Below are positions 19,894 through 30,691 of a DNA stretch of 64,000 nucleotides, in pieces. The notes under the pieces were generated by a model that was given only the letters and a program-made list of their open reading frames with translations, was not told where the DNA came from and made no database searches. The stretch's first letter is position 1; the number at the start of each line of letters is the position of its first letter. Where the stretch lies: NCBI GenBank assembly GCA_051013385.1, contig CP143273.1, forward strand, positions 448,001-512,000. Direction: 5' to 3'. Both the position numbers and the translations under genes were made by a program. This DNA is from Phormidium sp. (GTDB lineage Bacteria; Cyanobacteriota; Cyanobacteriia; Cyanobacteriales; Aerosakkonemataceae).

Positions 19894-20571
19894 ATGTTAG
19901 CTGCAATTTTATTTGACTTAGACGGAACCTTAGTAAATACTGACCCTTTGCATTTCCAAGCTTGGCAAGAAATGTTATTAACTCAGGGTATAGAAATTGA
20001 TACGGCATTCTACCAAACTCGGATTAGTGGGCGGTTAAATCCAATTATTATTCAAGATATATTACCTCATTTAACCTTAGAAGAAGGCGAAAAGTTTGCC
20101 GAAGACAAAGAAGCACGTTTCCGGGAACTAGCACCATCATTAAAACCTCTCGCCGGACTAGAAAAAATCCTTGAGTGGACAAAAGAACAGGGTTTAAAAA
20201 CTGGATTAGTCACCAATGCACCCCGCAAGAATGTAGATTTTATGATAGAAATTTTAGAGTTAGCAGAAATCTTTGATTCGGTGTTTGTAGCTGAAGAAGA
20301 TGTCACCGAAGGAAAACCCGATCCTGCTATCTATAAACTTGCTCTTGAACGGTTTAATATTACTCCAGAAAGAGCTTTAGCTTTTGAAGATTCTCCTTCC
20401 GGTATTTGTTCTGCCGTCGGTGCAGGAATTCGGACAATTGGTATTGCTTCTACTCACGATCCGCAAAGGCTTTATGATCTTGGTGCGTTTAAAGTTATCC
20501 CCGATTTTACCGATCTATCTTTGTGGAGTTTTTTAACTGAAGAAATGCAAATATTACCGGATAAAAGTTGA
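19894..20571 (+). CDS. HAD-IA family phosphatase
   Basis: FDLDGTLV, VTNA, GKPDP and FEDS motifs. Confidence 0.92.
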   Translation: MLAAILFDLDGTLVNTDPLHFQAWQEMLLTQGIEIDTAFYQTRISGRLNPIIIQDILPHLTLEEGEKFAEDKEARFRELAPSLKPLAGLEKILEWTKEQGLKTGLVTNAPRKNVDFMIEILELAEIFDSVFVAEEDVTEGKPDPAIYKLALERFNITPERALAFEDSPSGICSAVGAGIRTIGIASTHDPQRLYDLGAFKVIPDFTDLSLWSFLTEEMQILPDKS

Positions 20572-20609
20572 CTTAATACCAAAGAACTTTGATTTTTTTA
20601 CCACAGATC

Positions 20610-20914
20610 TCCACAGATGAAGTCCATAAGCATTGGGCAGAGTTATCGAATCGATATCACATCTGCGATACTTGTGGTTTTGAAATACCTCGCGATCAAG
20701 GTTCTGTGATGGTTATGTATAATGTTGCAACAAAGGCGCAACCGGGGTTTGGAACGAGCCTCGAAGACTGTGGATGCCTAAGCTCTACTAATTTGACCCG
20801 AAAGCGCAAGCATACTGGCTCAATGCGGCAACTTGGGCAGATGAAACGTCAAAAATCTTGCCGTGAGACGGATGGGATTTTAGAAACCGTCCGTCCATAC
20901 GGCGGGGTAGTTCA
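20610..20914 (+). pseudogene. 3' remnant of a tnpB gene with an IS200/IS605 right end
   Basis: HKHWAELSNRYHICDTCGFEIPRDQGS resembles a TnpB zinc-ribbon/RuvC-III tail; ends in GGCGGGGTAGTTCA. Confidence 0.6.
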
Positions 20915-20962
20915 TAATATCGTATATTCAAAAATGTTATCACGCTGCTATGAAAAGCACTC

Positions 20963-23605
20963 ATGCAAAATCGATCGCATTCTCTAAAAAAATTATCAAT
21001 TATCTTTCTCTGTAGCCTCATCTTAAGTTTATCGCTAGGTAACTTTTCCTTGACAACCGGGCAAGTAGAATGGGGAAAACCAGTAGTTGCTCAGTCTGTG
21101 GATGCTAAACAACAGGTACAGCGAGGTGTGGAATTATATCAAAGGGGAGAAATCGCAGCTGCGATCGCAAAATGGGAAACTGCCCTAAAATTATATCAAA
21201 GCAGCAATGACCGATCGGAACAAGCGATCGTTTTAGAAAATTTAGCTAGAGCTTATCCCCAAATTGGCAACCTTGATAAATCTCGCACTTATTGGGAACA
21301 AGTTGTTGCTATCTATCGCCAGTTGGGAAATTATCAACAAATGGGGCGATCGCTAACTGAATTAGCTCAATCTTACAGTAGTTTGGGGCAATCGAAAAGA
21401 GCGATCGCCATTTTATGTGGAGAATACAGAAGCGAGACTTGTAACAATAATAGTGCTTTAGAAATTGCCCGGAGTTTCAAAGATACTTTAGGAGAAGCAG
21501 CAGCTTTGGGGAGTTTAGGTAATGCTTATCTTAAGCGAGGTGAGTATGGAAGGGCGATCGCTAATTTAGAAAACAGCTTAAAAATTGCATTAGCAATTAA
21601 TAATCCTCTGTTTGTCGCTTCCTTACAAAATTACTTAGGAAATACTTACGTTAATCTGGCAATATTAAATTATAATCGAGCTAACTTAGCGCAAGTTAGA
21701 GGCGATCGGATAACCGCTAATCGATTTAAAGAAACAGCGAAAAACTATGATAACCAAGCTCTCAAGTATTTTACAGATACTTTAAAAATTGCTGAATCCC
21801 AAAATGATATTCAAGGACAAATACAAAGCATAATTAACTCAATCTTTGTCCATAATCGCAGTAGCTCATTTATGCTTGTTGATGATTTAAGACAACAAGC
21901 TATTGCATTATTAGAACGTTTACCAGACTCGCAAAATAAAGTTTATGCAGCCATTGAATTAGTTAGAACTCTCCAATCTGTCAACTTATTTGACGAAGAT
22001 TCCGATAGGATAAAATGCTTGACTTCTCAGCAAGAATTAACAGCGAAAAATTTACTGGAATCAGCAGTTTCCATTGCTCAAAATTTGAAAAATTATCGGG
22101 CTGAATCTTTTGCTTTAGGTGAATTAGGGCAGATTTATGAATGTCGCCAAGATTATCAAAAAGCGTTAGAATTAACTCAACAGGCACAGTTAGCTGCCGA
22201 TCAAGGATTGAATGCTAAAGACAGTCTTTTTCTTTGGGAATGGCAAGCAGGACGAATTTTTCAAGCTCAAAATAAACCAACAGAAGCTATTAATGCTTAT
22301 CAAAGAGCGGTGAACACATTAGAAGAGATTCGTAGCGATCTTATTACAAGTAATCGAGATTTGCAGTTTGATTTTCGCGATCGCATTAACCCCATTTACC
22401 GAGAATTAGCTAAACTAAGATTAAACCAAGCCAACTCCCAACTTATTGAACCTAACACTCGCACCAAACAAATAAGTTTTGCCTTGCGAACTATTGATTC
22501 GTTGAAACTAGCAGAACTGCAAAACTACTTTGGTAATGACTGTGTAATAGCACCAGCAAATCAAGATATAGCCGAAGCAAATATTAGCAGTGAAACAGCG
22601 ATTTTTAACTCAATTATTTTTCCCGAAGGCACAGCTATTATCGTCAGTTTTCCCAACGGAGAAAAGAAATTTACTTGGATAAACACAGACAGGAAAACTT
22701 TCCGCCAAACTATCAACGAATTTCGCAGAGGATTAGAAAGATTCCGCGACTTAGTTTACGATCCCAAACCCGCACAAAACCTATATGATTTAATCATCCG
22801 TCCTTTCGCCGCTGACTTGGAAAAAGCCCAAATTAAAACCTTAGTTTTTGTCCAAGATGGCATTTTACGCAGCATTCCAATGGCAGCACTTCATGATGGA
22901 AATAAATTTTTAGTCGAAAATTATGCCATTGCCACCACACCCACATTAAGCTTAACAAATCCGAGAATAGCAAAAGCGGAAAACCTGCGGGCATTAGCAG
23001 TAGGGTTAACAAAAGAAGCTACAATTGATGGGCGATTATTTCCAGCTTTAGCTAATGTCAGCACAGAAATCAATCAAATTCAAAGTCAGCTTACCGGAAG
23101 TAAATTGCTCTTGGATGAAAGTTTCACATATCAGAATTTAAAGCAAGAATTAAACACCACAATTTTCCCGATTATTCACATAGCTACTCATGGGGAATTT
23201 GGCAGCGTTCCCGAAGACACCTTTTTAGTCACCGGAAATAACGAAAAGCTCACCATTACCCAATTAGAAACTGCGATTCGTAACATGAAAATTAGCGATA
23301 CTGAAGTACTAGAATTACTAGCACTTACCGCTTGTCAAACCGCAGTAGGAGATGATAGAGCAGCACTTGGATTAGCTGGAGTTGCAGTACAAGCAGGAGT
23401 TCGCAGTGCCTTAGCATCTTTGTGGTTTATTAATGATGCCTCAACGGTTAAATTTGTCAATGAATTTTACCAAAATTGGCATCAAAAAGGATTAAGTAAA
23501 GTCGAAGCTTTGCAGGCGGCACAAAAAACCTTAATTTCCCAAGGAGGAGACTATGCTCATCCAGCATATTGGGCACCTTTCATCCTAATTGGTAATTGGT
23601 TGTAG
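20963..23605 (+). CDS. TPR-repeat CHAT-domain (caspase/HetF-like) protein
   Basis: Signal-like N-terminus, TPR repeats, CHAT dyad IHIATHG / LTACQTA, C-terminal HPAYWAPFILIGNWL. Confidence 0.92.
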   Translation: MQNRSHSLKKLSIIFLCSLILSLSLGNFSLTTGQVEWGKPVVAQSVDAKQQVQRGVELYQRGEIAAAIAKWETALKLYQSSNDRSEQAIVLENLARAYPQIGNLDKSRTYWEQVVAIYRQLGNYQQMGRSLTELAQSYSSLGQSKRAIAILCGEYRSETCNNNSALEIARSFKDTLGEAAALGSLGNAYLKRGEYGRAIANLENSLKIALAINNPLFVASLQNYLGNTYVNLAILNYNRANLAQVRGDRITANRFKETAKNYDNQALKYFTDTLKIAESQNDIQGQIQSIINSIFVHNRSSSFMLVDDLRQQAIALLERLPDSQNKVYAAIELVRTLQSVNLFDEDSDRIKCLTSQQELTAKNLLESAVSIAQNLKNYRAESFALGELGQIYECRQDYQKALELTQQAQLAADQGLNAKDSLFLWEWQAGRIFQAQNKPTEAINAYQRAVNTLEEIRSDLITSNRDLQFDFRDRINPIYRELAKLRLNQANSQLIEPNTRTKQISFALRTIDSLKLAELQNYFGNDCVIAPANQDIAEANISSETAIFNSIIFPEGTAIIVSFPNGEKKFTWINTDRKTFRQTINEFRRGLERFRDLVYDPKPAQNLYDLIIRPFAADLEKAQIKTLVFVQDGILRSIPMAALHDGNKFLVENYAIATTPTLSLTNPRIAKAENLRALAVGLTKEATIDGRLFPALANVSTEINQIQSQLTGSKLLLDESFTYQNLKQELNTTIFPIIHIATHGEFGSVPEDTFLVTGNNEKLTITQLETAIRNMKISDTEVLELLALTACQTAVGDDRAALGLAGVAVQAGVRSALASLWFINDASTVKFVNEFYQNWHQKGLSKVEALQAAQKTLISQGGDYAHPAYWAPFILIGNWL

Positions 23606-23611
23606 GAAATT

Positions 23612-23675
23612 GTAGGGACACGGCATGAAAGAGATAACGGTAGAAATTGCAAATATTAATGATGCCGTGTCCCTA
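23612..23675. repeat. REP-like palindrome
   Basis: GTAGGGACACGGCAT...ATGCCGTGTCCCTAC. Confidence 0.75.
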
Positions 23676-23843
23676 CCCCCACCAATAGACTTACCTTCTA
23701 CCCTCTTGTAGTTTTCGGAAATTGGATGAGGATAATTCAGTAATAGCTGTTTCTGAATTGGGCGTTAAACTTTGCAGAAAATGTAAATGATTTTAGCAAT
23801 TGTTCTTGGTTTAATGATTGGGGAAAATTGCTGGATTTTTGCT

Positions 23844-23996
23844 ATGCTCAAATGTTTATTACTCTTATTAGGCATACTCTTAATCATAGCTTTTGCTCCA
23901 CCAGTTCAGCTTTACTTAATGAGATTAACAAGCAATAGTTTAGAAACCAGTAGAATTAAACCTGTCAGGCAAGCTATTCCCGGTGGGTCCGATTAG
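23844..23996 (+). CDS. Putative small secreted or membrane peptide (50 aa)
   Basis: MLKCLLLLLGILLIIAFAPPVQ...KPVRQAIPGGSD*; hydrophobic N-terminus; downstream of a cluster-motif copy. Confidence 0.45.
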   Translation: MLKCLLLLLGILLIIAFAPPVQLYLMRLTSNSLETSRIKPVRQAIPGGSD

Positions 23997-24062
23997 AATA
24001 TTTTTAATTCTCAAAAAACATTAGTAGCGGTATATTTGATAAAAAGCCATCTACCAAACCGA

Positions 24063-27000
24063 ATGAAACGCAACATTTCCTTATTCTACATCACCCAAAG
24101 CAGCGCCCTCTTAACATTATTAGCCGCCTACCCAGCAGCAGCACAAATTATCCCAGATGGGACAGTCAACACCACTGTTACACCAAATGGTAATATCAAT
24201 GTAATTGAAGGTGGAACCAGAGCAGGTAGTAATCTGTTTCACAGCTTTCAAGAGTTTTCCGTTCCTACTGGTAGGGAAGCATTTTTTAATAACGCTTTCG
24301 ATGTCCGAAATATATTTAGTCGAGTCACAGGTAAATTACCTTCTAATATTGATGGATTAATTCGTGCTAACGGAGTTGCTAACTTATTTTTACTTAATCC
24401 CAATGGAATCATCTTTGGGCCAAATGCCAGATTAAATATCGGTGGTTCATTTTTAGCCACTACTGCTAATAGTTTTAAGTTTGCTGATGGCACAGAATTT
24501 AGTGCTACCAATCCCCAAAATGTACCTTTACTGAGTATTAATGTACCCATTGGCTTGCAAATGGGTACAAATCCAGGCAATATAACAGTTAATGCAACTG
24601 GATTAAATCGTCCTTTGCCAGTAGAAGGAGAAACACTTGAACAAAGAGCCGCTAGAGGAATTGCATTTGAAGAAGAAGTTCTCAACAATCTCCAAGGATT
24701 GCAAGTACAACCAGGAAAAACTATAGCCTTAGTCGGGGGAAATTTAACCTTTAATGGTGGATTAGTTACAGTTAGGCAAGGACGAATTGAAATCGGAAGC
24801 GTTAATTCCGGTGTAGTCAGTTTAAATCCCACAGAAACCGGATTGGTTTTGGGATATGAAAATATTTCCAACTTTGGTGAAATTCAAATGTCGCAGTCAT
24901 CTGCGGTAGCAGCATCAGGAGAAGGTGCGGGAGAGGTTCGAGTTCGTGGGGGAAAAATAACTCTTAATGAAATATCGAGTATTGGTGCAAATACAATAGG
25001 GAATGAAAATGGGAAAAGTGTCACTGTTGAAGCAGAACAGTTAAGTCTTTTTGGTGGTTCGTTTTTAGTTAGTGGTACGTTTAGTTCGGGTGATGCTGGG
25101 AATTTGATTGTTAAGGCAAAAGATTCAGTAGAAGTAAGTGGAATTTCTGCTGATGGAAACTTTCGCAGCGCTTTAGCAACTCAGACTAATAGTGCAGGAA
25201 ATGCGGGAGACATGACGATTCAAACTGGACGATTAATTATTCAGGATGGTGCATTTGTTTCAACTCGGACTTCCAGCAAAGGACAGGGAGGAAACTTAAC
25301 CGTTCGAGCTTCCCAAGAAGTAAAAGTGAGTGGCACTTCTGCCAATGGTAAAGCTATCAGTTTACTGACTTCTGGGTCTAATGGGTCGGGAAATTCTGGA
25401 GAGTTGAGAATTGAAACGGGAAAATTAATTATTCAAAATGGTGCAGAAGTCTCAAGTTTTACTTCTGGAGACGGTAAAGCGGGAAATTTATTTGTCAATG
25501 CCAGCGAAGAGGTACAAGTGAATGGCACTTCTGCCGATGGAAAATTTTCCAGTATCTTAACAACCTTAACCAATGGTGCGGGAAATGCGGGAGACATGAC
25601 GATTCAAACTGGACGGTTAACTCTCCGGGATGGCGCATTTGTTTCTACAGAAACTAGGGGAACTGGAAATGGCGGAAATTTGCTGGTACAAGCTAAAGAC
25701 TCTGTAGAAGTAGTAGGGACAAGACCCAATGGACTTTCAACCTTTTTATCAGCTGGAGTTGGTATAGGGGAAGGCTCCAGAGGGTCAGGTGGTAATCTAA
25801 TAATTGAGACGGGTACATTGAGCATTCGTGACGGAGGTAGAGTTTCTACAGAAACCTTGGGTCAAGGAAATGCAGGTAATCTGTTAGTGAAGGCAAGAGA
25901 TTTAGTCGAAGTGGTTGGAGAAGGACCAGTTACTCCTCAATTATCAGGCATATTTAGTAGCCTTAATTCCGATGTTTCCTCTGATGCTGTTGGTAATGGT
26001 GGAAATTTGACCATTGAAACTCAAAGGTTAAGTATCCGTGATGGGGGTCAAGTCTCAGTAAATCTCTATGGTCAAGGCAAAAGCGGAACGATTCAAGTAA
26101 GAGCCAGCGAACTGGTAGAAGTAGTTGGAGCCGGAAGAATTAGAAAGTCCCAAGAGGGTGAAAGTTTGAGATTACCTAGCAGCATTGCTGCTATTGTATT
26201 GGGAAACAACGTAGGTTCTGAAGGTAATATCAATATCGACACCCAGGTGTTGAGCCTCCGCGATGGTGGACAGGTTTCTGCCACTGTGTCTGGTAAAGGA
26301 GATGCAGGTAACATTCAAGTACAAGCCAGCGAAAGCGTGCAAATAGTCGGATTCGCAAGTTTTGGTAATGTTAGTAGCATTTCTACAAGTGTATTGGGAG
26401 ATGCAGTAGGTCAAGGCGGGGAAATCAAAATTAATACTAAGGTGTTAAGCCTCCGGGATGGGGGAAGTATATTTGCTGGTACTGCTGGTGTAGGAAACTC
26501 AGGCAATATTTACATTCGAGCGAAAGATAGTGTGGAAGTGAACGGAGGTACACCAGATAATCGGTTTAACAGTGCTATACTTGCTACCACTTTACCAGAA
26601 GCGACTGGGAATAGTGGAAAAATTACCATCGAAACTGGAAGGTTGCAACTTGCTGATGACTCTTTTATCTCAGTTTTCTCTAGTAATCAAGGACGAGGGG
26701 GAACGCTGACAGTAAGTGCCAGCGAGTCGGTGCAAATGAATAGTCGCAGTAGTCTATCGGCTACGGCTGGTGGTACTGGCGATGGGGGAGACATGATTAT
26801 TGAAACTAGACGATTGGTTATCCGGGATGGCTCACAAGTCAGTGTTGATACTCTGGGTTCGGGAAAAGCAGGTAATCTAACGGTGAAAGCCTCCGAAATA
26901 GAAATTGACCACGAAGATAATCAAAATCAAACTGGCTTGTTCGCTGGAAGCAATGGCGAGGCGACTGGGGATGCTGGAAATTTGAGCATAGAAGTTGGAC

Positions 27001-29009
27001 GGTTGGTTGTCCGAGATGGAGCACAGATACAGACAACTACTTTTGGCTCAGGAAAAGGAGGCAATTTAACAGTAATAGCAAAAGAGGTGGAACTGTCGGG
27101 TGTTTCATCTAAGCTTGCACCTGCTGGTTTGTTTGTTTCTACCAACGGTACTGGTGATGCTGGAAACTTGAGAATTCAAACTGAACGGTTAATTGTCCGG
27201 GATGGCGCACAAATACAAGCTGGTACTGATGATGCGGGAAAAGGTGGCAGTTTGACAGTAATAGCTAATGAAATAGAACTCCAAACAGGAAATACTAGTG
27301 GCTTGTTTACTTCTAGCGAGGGGACTGGAGATGCAGGAAATATAACCATTGAAGTTGGACGGTTAATTATCCGAGATGGGGCAGGAGTAGAGACTGGTAC
27401 TTTTGGTGCGGGAAAAGGTGGCAGTTTGACAGTGAGAGCCGATAAGATCTCACTTCAGGGTGTTTCTAGTAGCTTGTCTGTTGGTTCTCAAGGAACTGGT
27501 GATGCCGGAGACTTAACCATTGAAACTAAGCAATTGGCTGTCCGTGATGGCGCACAGATATCGGCTAGTACTTTTGATGTCGGAAATGCAGGTAATTTGA
27601 CAGTCAAAGCTGATGTAGTAGAGGTAATTGGAACATCAGCAGATGGTAATTATCCCAGTGGCTTGTTTGCCACAACTAGGGGAACTGGTGATGGTGGAAA
27701 CTTAAGCATTGAAACTAAGCAATTGACTGTTCAAAGTGGGGCGCAGATATCAGCTACTACTTTTGATGCGGGAAAAGGAGGCAGTTTGACGGTGAAAGCT
27801 GATGTAGTAGAAGTAATTGGAAGATCCAGTGGCTTGTTTGCTGGCACTCAGGGAACTGGTGACGCGGGAAACTTAACCATTGAGACTCAGCAATTGACTG
27901 TCCGTGATGGCGCACAAATACTAGCTGATGCTGATGATGCGGGAAAAGGAGGCAATTTGACAGTCAAAGCCGATATAGTTGAGGTGATTGGAAAATCAGC
28001 AGAGGGTGAGTATCCCAGTGGTTTGTCTGTTGGTACTGAAGGAACTGGCAATGCCGGAAATTTAACTATTAATGCTAGAAATTTGATTATCCGAGATTGG
28101 GCGCAGATAGGAGCTAGTACTTTCGGTGACGGAAAGGCAGGTGATTTGAAGATTACAGCCGAGTTGGTGGAATTGGCTGGAAAAGGTGCAAATGGTCGGT
28201 CTTCCGGCTTATTCGTTAGCAGTGAGGGGGCTGGCAATGCAGGAAACTTGACGATTAATACTGAACGGTTGATTGTGCGAGATGGAGCTACTGTTAGTGC
28301 TAGCAGTTTCGACACTGGGGCAGCTGGCAACTTGAAGGTGACAGCAAATTCTATTTTAATTGACAATGGGGGATTTTTAAGAGCTAGAACCACAGGAGGC
28401 TCTGAAGGGAATATTAACTTGCTTTCTTCTTCCTTAATCATGCGTCGTGGCAGTGAAATTTCTACTAATGCCACAGGTAAAGCTACAGGCGGCAATATTA
28501 TCATCAACACTGATGTTTTAGCTGCTTTAGAAAACAGCGACATTAGCGCCAATGCTGAAGATAGTTTTGGTGGGCGAGTTATTATCAATGCTCAAGGGAT
28601 TTTTGGTACTAAGTTTCGTCCTGATACCACTCCTGAAAGTGATATTACTGCTACTTCTAAACTTGGCCCTCAATTTAGTGGTATAGTACAAATTAATACT
28701 CCTGAAGTTGACCCAAATTCAGGATTGGTGAATTTCCCAGAAAATGCGGTTGATGTTTCGCGATTAGTTCCTAAAGGTTGTATTGCTAGAAGAAAGGAAA
28801 CTGGGACTTTTTATATTACTGGGAATGATGGTTTTCAATATCGTCCGGGGGATGGTTTGATGTCGCCTTTGCCTACTGGGGAAGTGCGTTCTATCCCGGA
28901 AGGTAACAGTTCTAGTAAGTCCCAAGTTAATGAGCAAATTATTGAGGCGCAAGGGGTTTATAAGTTGGAAAATGGTGAAATGGTTTTAGGTTGGGAATGT
29001 CCTGAGTAA
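24063..29009 (+). CDS. Filamentous haemagglutinin N-terminal (TPS) domain protein, copy 1
   Basis: Signal peptide, NLFHSFQEF and NPNGIIFG TPS motifs, many GxAGNLTI beta-helix repeats, C-terminal IIEAQG. Confidence 0.92.
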   Translation: MKRNISLFYITQSSALLTLLAAYPAAAQIIPDGTVNTTVTPNGNINVIEGGTRAGSNLFHSFQEFSVPTGREAFFNNAFDVRNIFSRVTGKLPSNIDGLIRANGVANLFLLNPNGIIFGPNARLNIGGSFLATTANSFKFADGTEFSATNPQNVPLLSINVPIGLQMGTNPGNITVNATGLNRPLPVEGETLEQRAARGIAFEEEVLNNLQGLQVQPGKTIALVGGNLTFNGGLVTVRQGRIEIGSVNSGVVSLNPTETGLVLGYENISNFGEIQMSQSSAVAASGEGAGEVRVRGGKITLNEISSIGANTIGNENGKSVTVEAEQLSLFGGSFLVSGTFSSGDAGNLIVKAKDSVEVSGISADGNFRSALATQTNSAGNAGDMTIQTGRLIIQDGAFVSTRTSSKGQGGNLTVRASQEVKVSGTSANGKAISLLTSGSNGSGNSGELRIETGKLIIQNGAEVSSFTSGDGKAGNLFVNASEEVQVNGTSADGKFSSILTTLTNGAGNAGDMTIQTGRLTLRDGAFVSTETRGTGNGGNLLVQAKDSVEVVGTRPNGLSTFLSAGVGIGEGSRGSGGNLIIETGTLSIRDGGRVSTETLGQGNAGNLLVKARDLVEVVGEGPVTPQLSGIFSSLNSDVSSDAVGNGGNLTIETQRLSIRDGGQVSVNLYGQGKSGTIQVRASELVEVVGAGRIRKSQEGESLRLPSSIAAIVLGNNVGSEGNINIDTQVLSLRDGGQVSATVSGKGDAGNIQVQASESVQIVGFASFGNVSSISTSVLGDAVGQGGEIKINTKVLSLRDGGSIFAGTAGVGNSGNIYIRAKDSVEVNGGTPDNRFNSAILATTLPEATGNSGKITIETGRLQLADDSFISVFSSNQGRGGTLTVSASESVQMNSRSSLSATAGGTGDGGDMIIETRRLVIRDGSQVSVDTLGSGKAGNLTVKASEIEIDHEDNQNQTGLFAGSNGEATGDAGNLSIEVGRLVVRDGAQIQTTTFGSGKGGNLTVIAKEVELSGVSSKLAPAGLFVSTNGTGDAGNLRIQTERLIVRDGAQIQAGTDDAGKGGSLTVIANEIELQTGNTSGLFTSSEGTGDAGNITIEVGRLIIRDGAGVETGTFGAGKGGSLTVRADKISLQGVSSSLSVGSQGTGDAGDLTIETKQLAVRDGAQISASTFDVGNAGNLTVKADVVEVIGTSADGNYPSGLFATTRGTGDGGNLSIETKQLTVQSGAQISATTFDAGKGGSLTVKADVVEVIGRSSGLFAGTQGTGDAGNLTIETQQLTVRDGAQILADADDAGKGGNLTVKADIVEVIGKSAEGEYPSGLSVGTEGTGNAGNLTINARNLIIRDWAQIGASTFGDGKAGDLKITAELVELAGKGANGRSSGLFVSSEGAGNAGNLTINTERLIVRDGATVSASSFDTGAAGNLKVTANSILIDNGGFLRARTTGGSEGNINLLSSSLIMRRGSEISTNATGKATGGNIIINTDVLAALENSDISANAEDSFGGRVIINAQGIFGTKFRPDTTPESDITATSKLGPQFSGIVQINTPEVDPNSGLVNFPENAVDVSRLVPKGCIARRKETGTFYITGNDGFQYRPGDGLMSPLPTGEVRSIPEGNSSSKSQVNEQIIEAQGVYKLENGEMVLGWECPE

Positions 29010-29278
29010 ATTGCTGATGAAGTTTTCGGGAATTATCATTACTGATTTCTCTTATCGCATTTTCCTAATGAGGAAATTTAGGTTGCTGAAATTTTGATAG
29101 AAATTGAGCAAAATTGGCGCTATAGTTCAGTAAACAGAAACCCGGTTTCTCGAAGAAACCGGGTTTCTACCCAGCTTACAGTGCTAAAAGAGCGAGAATT
29201 AGCTAACGCTAATATTTGCGGTGCTACTATGTCTGATGGTTCTCGGTCCGATCGCACCTGTCAATAACACTATAACCC

Positions 29279-29334
29279 AAGTACGTAGTTGCGCTTCAGC
29301 GCCGGATTTAGCGCTGAAGCGCAACTACGTACTT
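29279..29334. repeat. Perfect 24-bp inverted repeat
   Basis: AAGTACGTAGTTGCGCTTCAGCGC-CGGATTTA-GCGCTGAAGCGCAACTACGTACTT. Confidence 0.9.
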
Positions 29335-29572
29335 TGGCCATGTATTTTTCGGAAATCCCAATTTCTCAAACAGGAGAGACACCGATCCAAAATAGGTAAT
29401 TGACTTGGAAGAAAGTAATCATGCCAACTCAGCTTTGATATAGTATTCTGTAAATCAAGTTAAGTGATTACCGTAAGTTTATGGTTATGCGATCGGTAAT
29501 TACCTAAGTAATTTCCAGGTTATTTGCAGAAAATAACCTTCAAACCTCACAGCTAACAGGGAGAAATTTACC

Positions 29573-29719
29573 ATGCCTAAAATTCTAAATAGACTTTTGA
29601 TAGCTGGTATTTTTACATTATTACTATCAGAAATAAGTGCCGTTTCAGCCGGATATAAACCACCATCAGATCAACAGCCTCCCCCAAAAACTGCCTCCCC
29701 ATCTGCGGGGAGTAGATAA
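29573..29719 (+). CDS. Small secreted peptide paralogous to the DUF928 N-terminus (48 aa)
   Basis: MPKILNRLLIAGIFTLLLSEISAVSAGYKPPSDQQPPPKTASPSAGSR*; shares the GGAGAAATTTACCATG start context with the DUF928 gene. Confidence 0.7.
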   Translation: MPKILNRLLIAGIFTLLLSEISAVSAGYKPPSDQQPPPKTASPSAGSR

Positions 29720-29758
29720 TCAGAGATAATTTTGAAAACTAACCAGGAGAAATTTACC

Positions 29759-30514
29759 ATGTCTAAACTTTTTCACCGACTTTTAAGCGCTTGCATTCTT
29801 ACTTTATTTCTATCAATAGTTAGTGCAGCTTTCGCTCAATATAACCCACCTCCAGATCAACGTGCTCCCAGAGGGAATACAGCCAGTACAGGCCCAAGAG
29901 GAGGAGGATGTTCGGGAACTTCTAAAACAACACTAACAGCCCTTGCTCCTCAAAAATACATAGGACAAACAGTTTCTACCCGTCCTACTTTTGCCTGGTT
30001 TGTACCAGATTCTCAATCATATAAAATGGAATTTACGCTCTATGAATCTACTTCAGGCGATCGCATAAAACTGATTGAAAAAATCAAATTAGATAGTTCA
30101 CCAGGAATCATGAAACTCTCTTTACCAGAAAGTATTCCCGACTTAACTGTAGGAAAAACTTATCTTTGGCAAGTAGCATTATTATGTAATGAAAATTATC
30201 CATCAAGTGACTTAATTACTAAAGCAGAACTTGAAGTTGTTCCGCTACCGATGAATGTAAAAACGTCGCTAGATGCAGTTAAAGACCCGTTGCAAAGAGC
30301 AGATATTTATGCCAACTCCGGTTTCTGGTATGACGCATTAAGTGAAGCATTAAAAGCTGATAATACTCCTCAATCAAGAGCAACAGTTTCTACGTTATTA
30401 GAAGAACTTGCCAATTTTGAATCCTCAGAAGTAAGTAGGGAATTAATGAAAGTTGCCAATATCAAAAGGCAAAATAGAATGAACGCTGAAAACGTTGAAT
30501 CTGCAAATATGTAA
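29759..30514 (+). CDS. DUF928 domain protein
   Basis: Signal peptide, GPRGGGC, TALAP, GQTVSTRPTFAWFVP and YANSGFWYDAL motifs. Confidence 0.9.
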   Translation: MSKLFHRLLSACILTLFLSIVSAAFAQYNPPPDQRAPRGNTASTGPRGGGCSGTSKTTLTALAPQKYIGQTVSTRPTFAWFVPDSQSYKMEFTLYESTSGDRIKLIEKIKLDSSPGIMKLSLPESIPDLTVGKTYLWQVALLCNENYPSSDLITKAELEVVPLPMNVKTSLDAVKDPLQRADIYANSGFWYDALSEALKADNTPQSRATVSTLLEELANFESSEVSRELMKVANIKRQNRMNAENVESANM

Positions 30515-30608
30515 GGTGGGTATAGCTAACAACGCTTAAAAAAAGTGCAACGTAACGAACCATTCCCTTAAATCTTAAAATTTTAGCTTTGTCCTCCTGA
30601 GTATTTGG

Positions 30609-30641
30609 AATCCCATTGGTTTTGACTAATGGGATTTTTTT
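30609..30641 (+). terminator. Putative intrinsic terminator
   Basis: AATCCCATTGG-TTTTGA-CTAATGGGATT followed by a T-run, downstream of DUF928. Confidence 0.6.
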
Positions 30642-30691
30642 ACTAAGGAGATGAGCTTTTATATGCTATATTATGCCCGTTTGATTACCAT

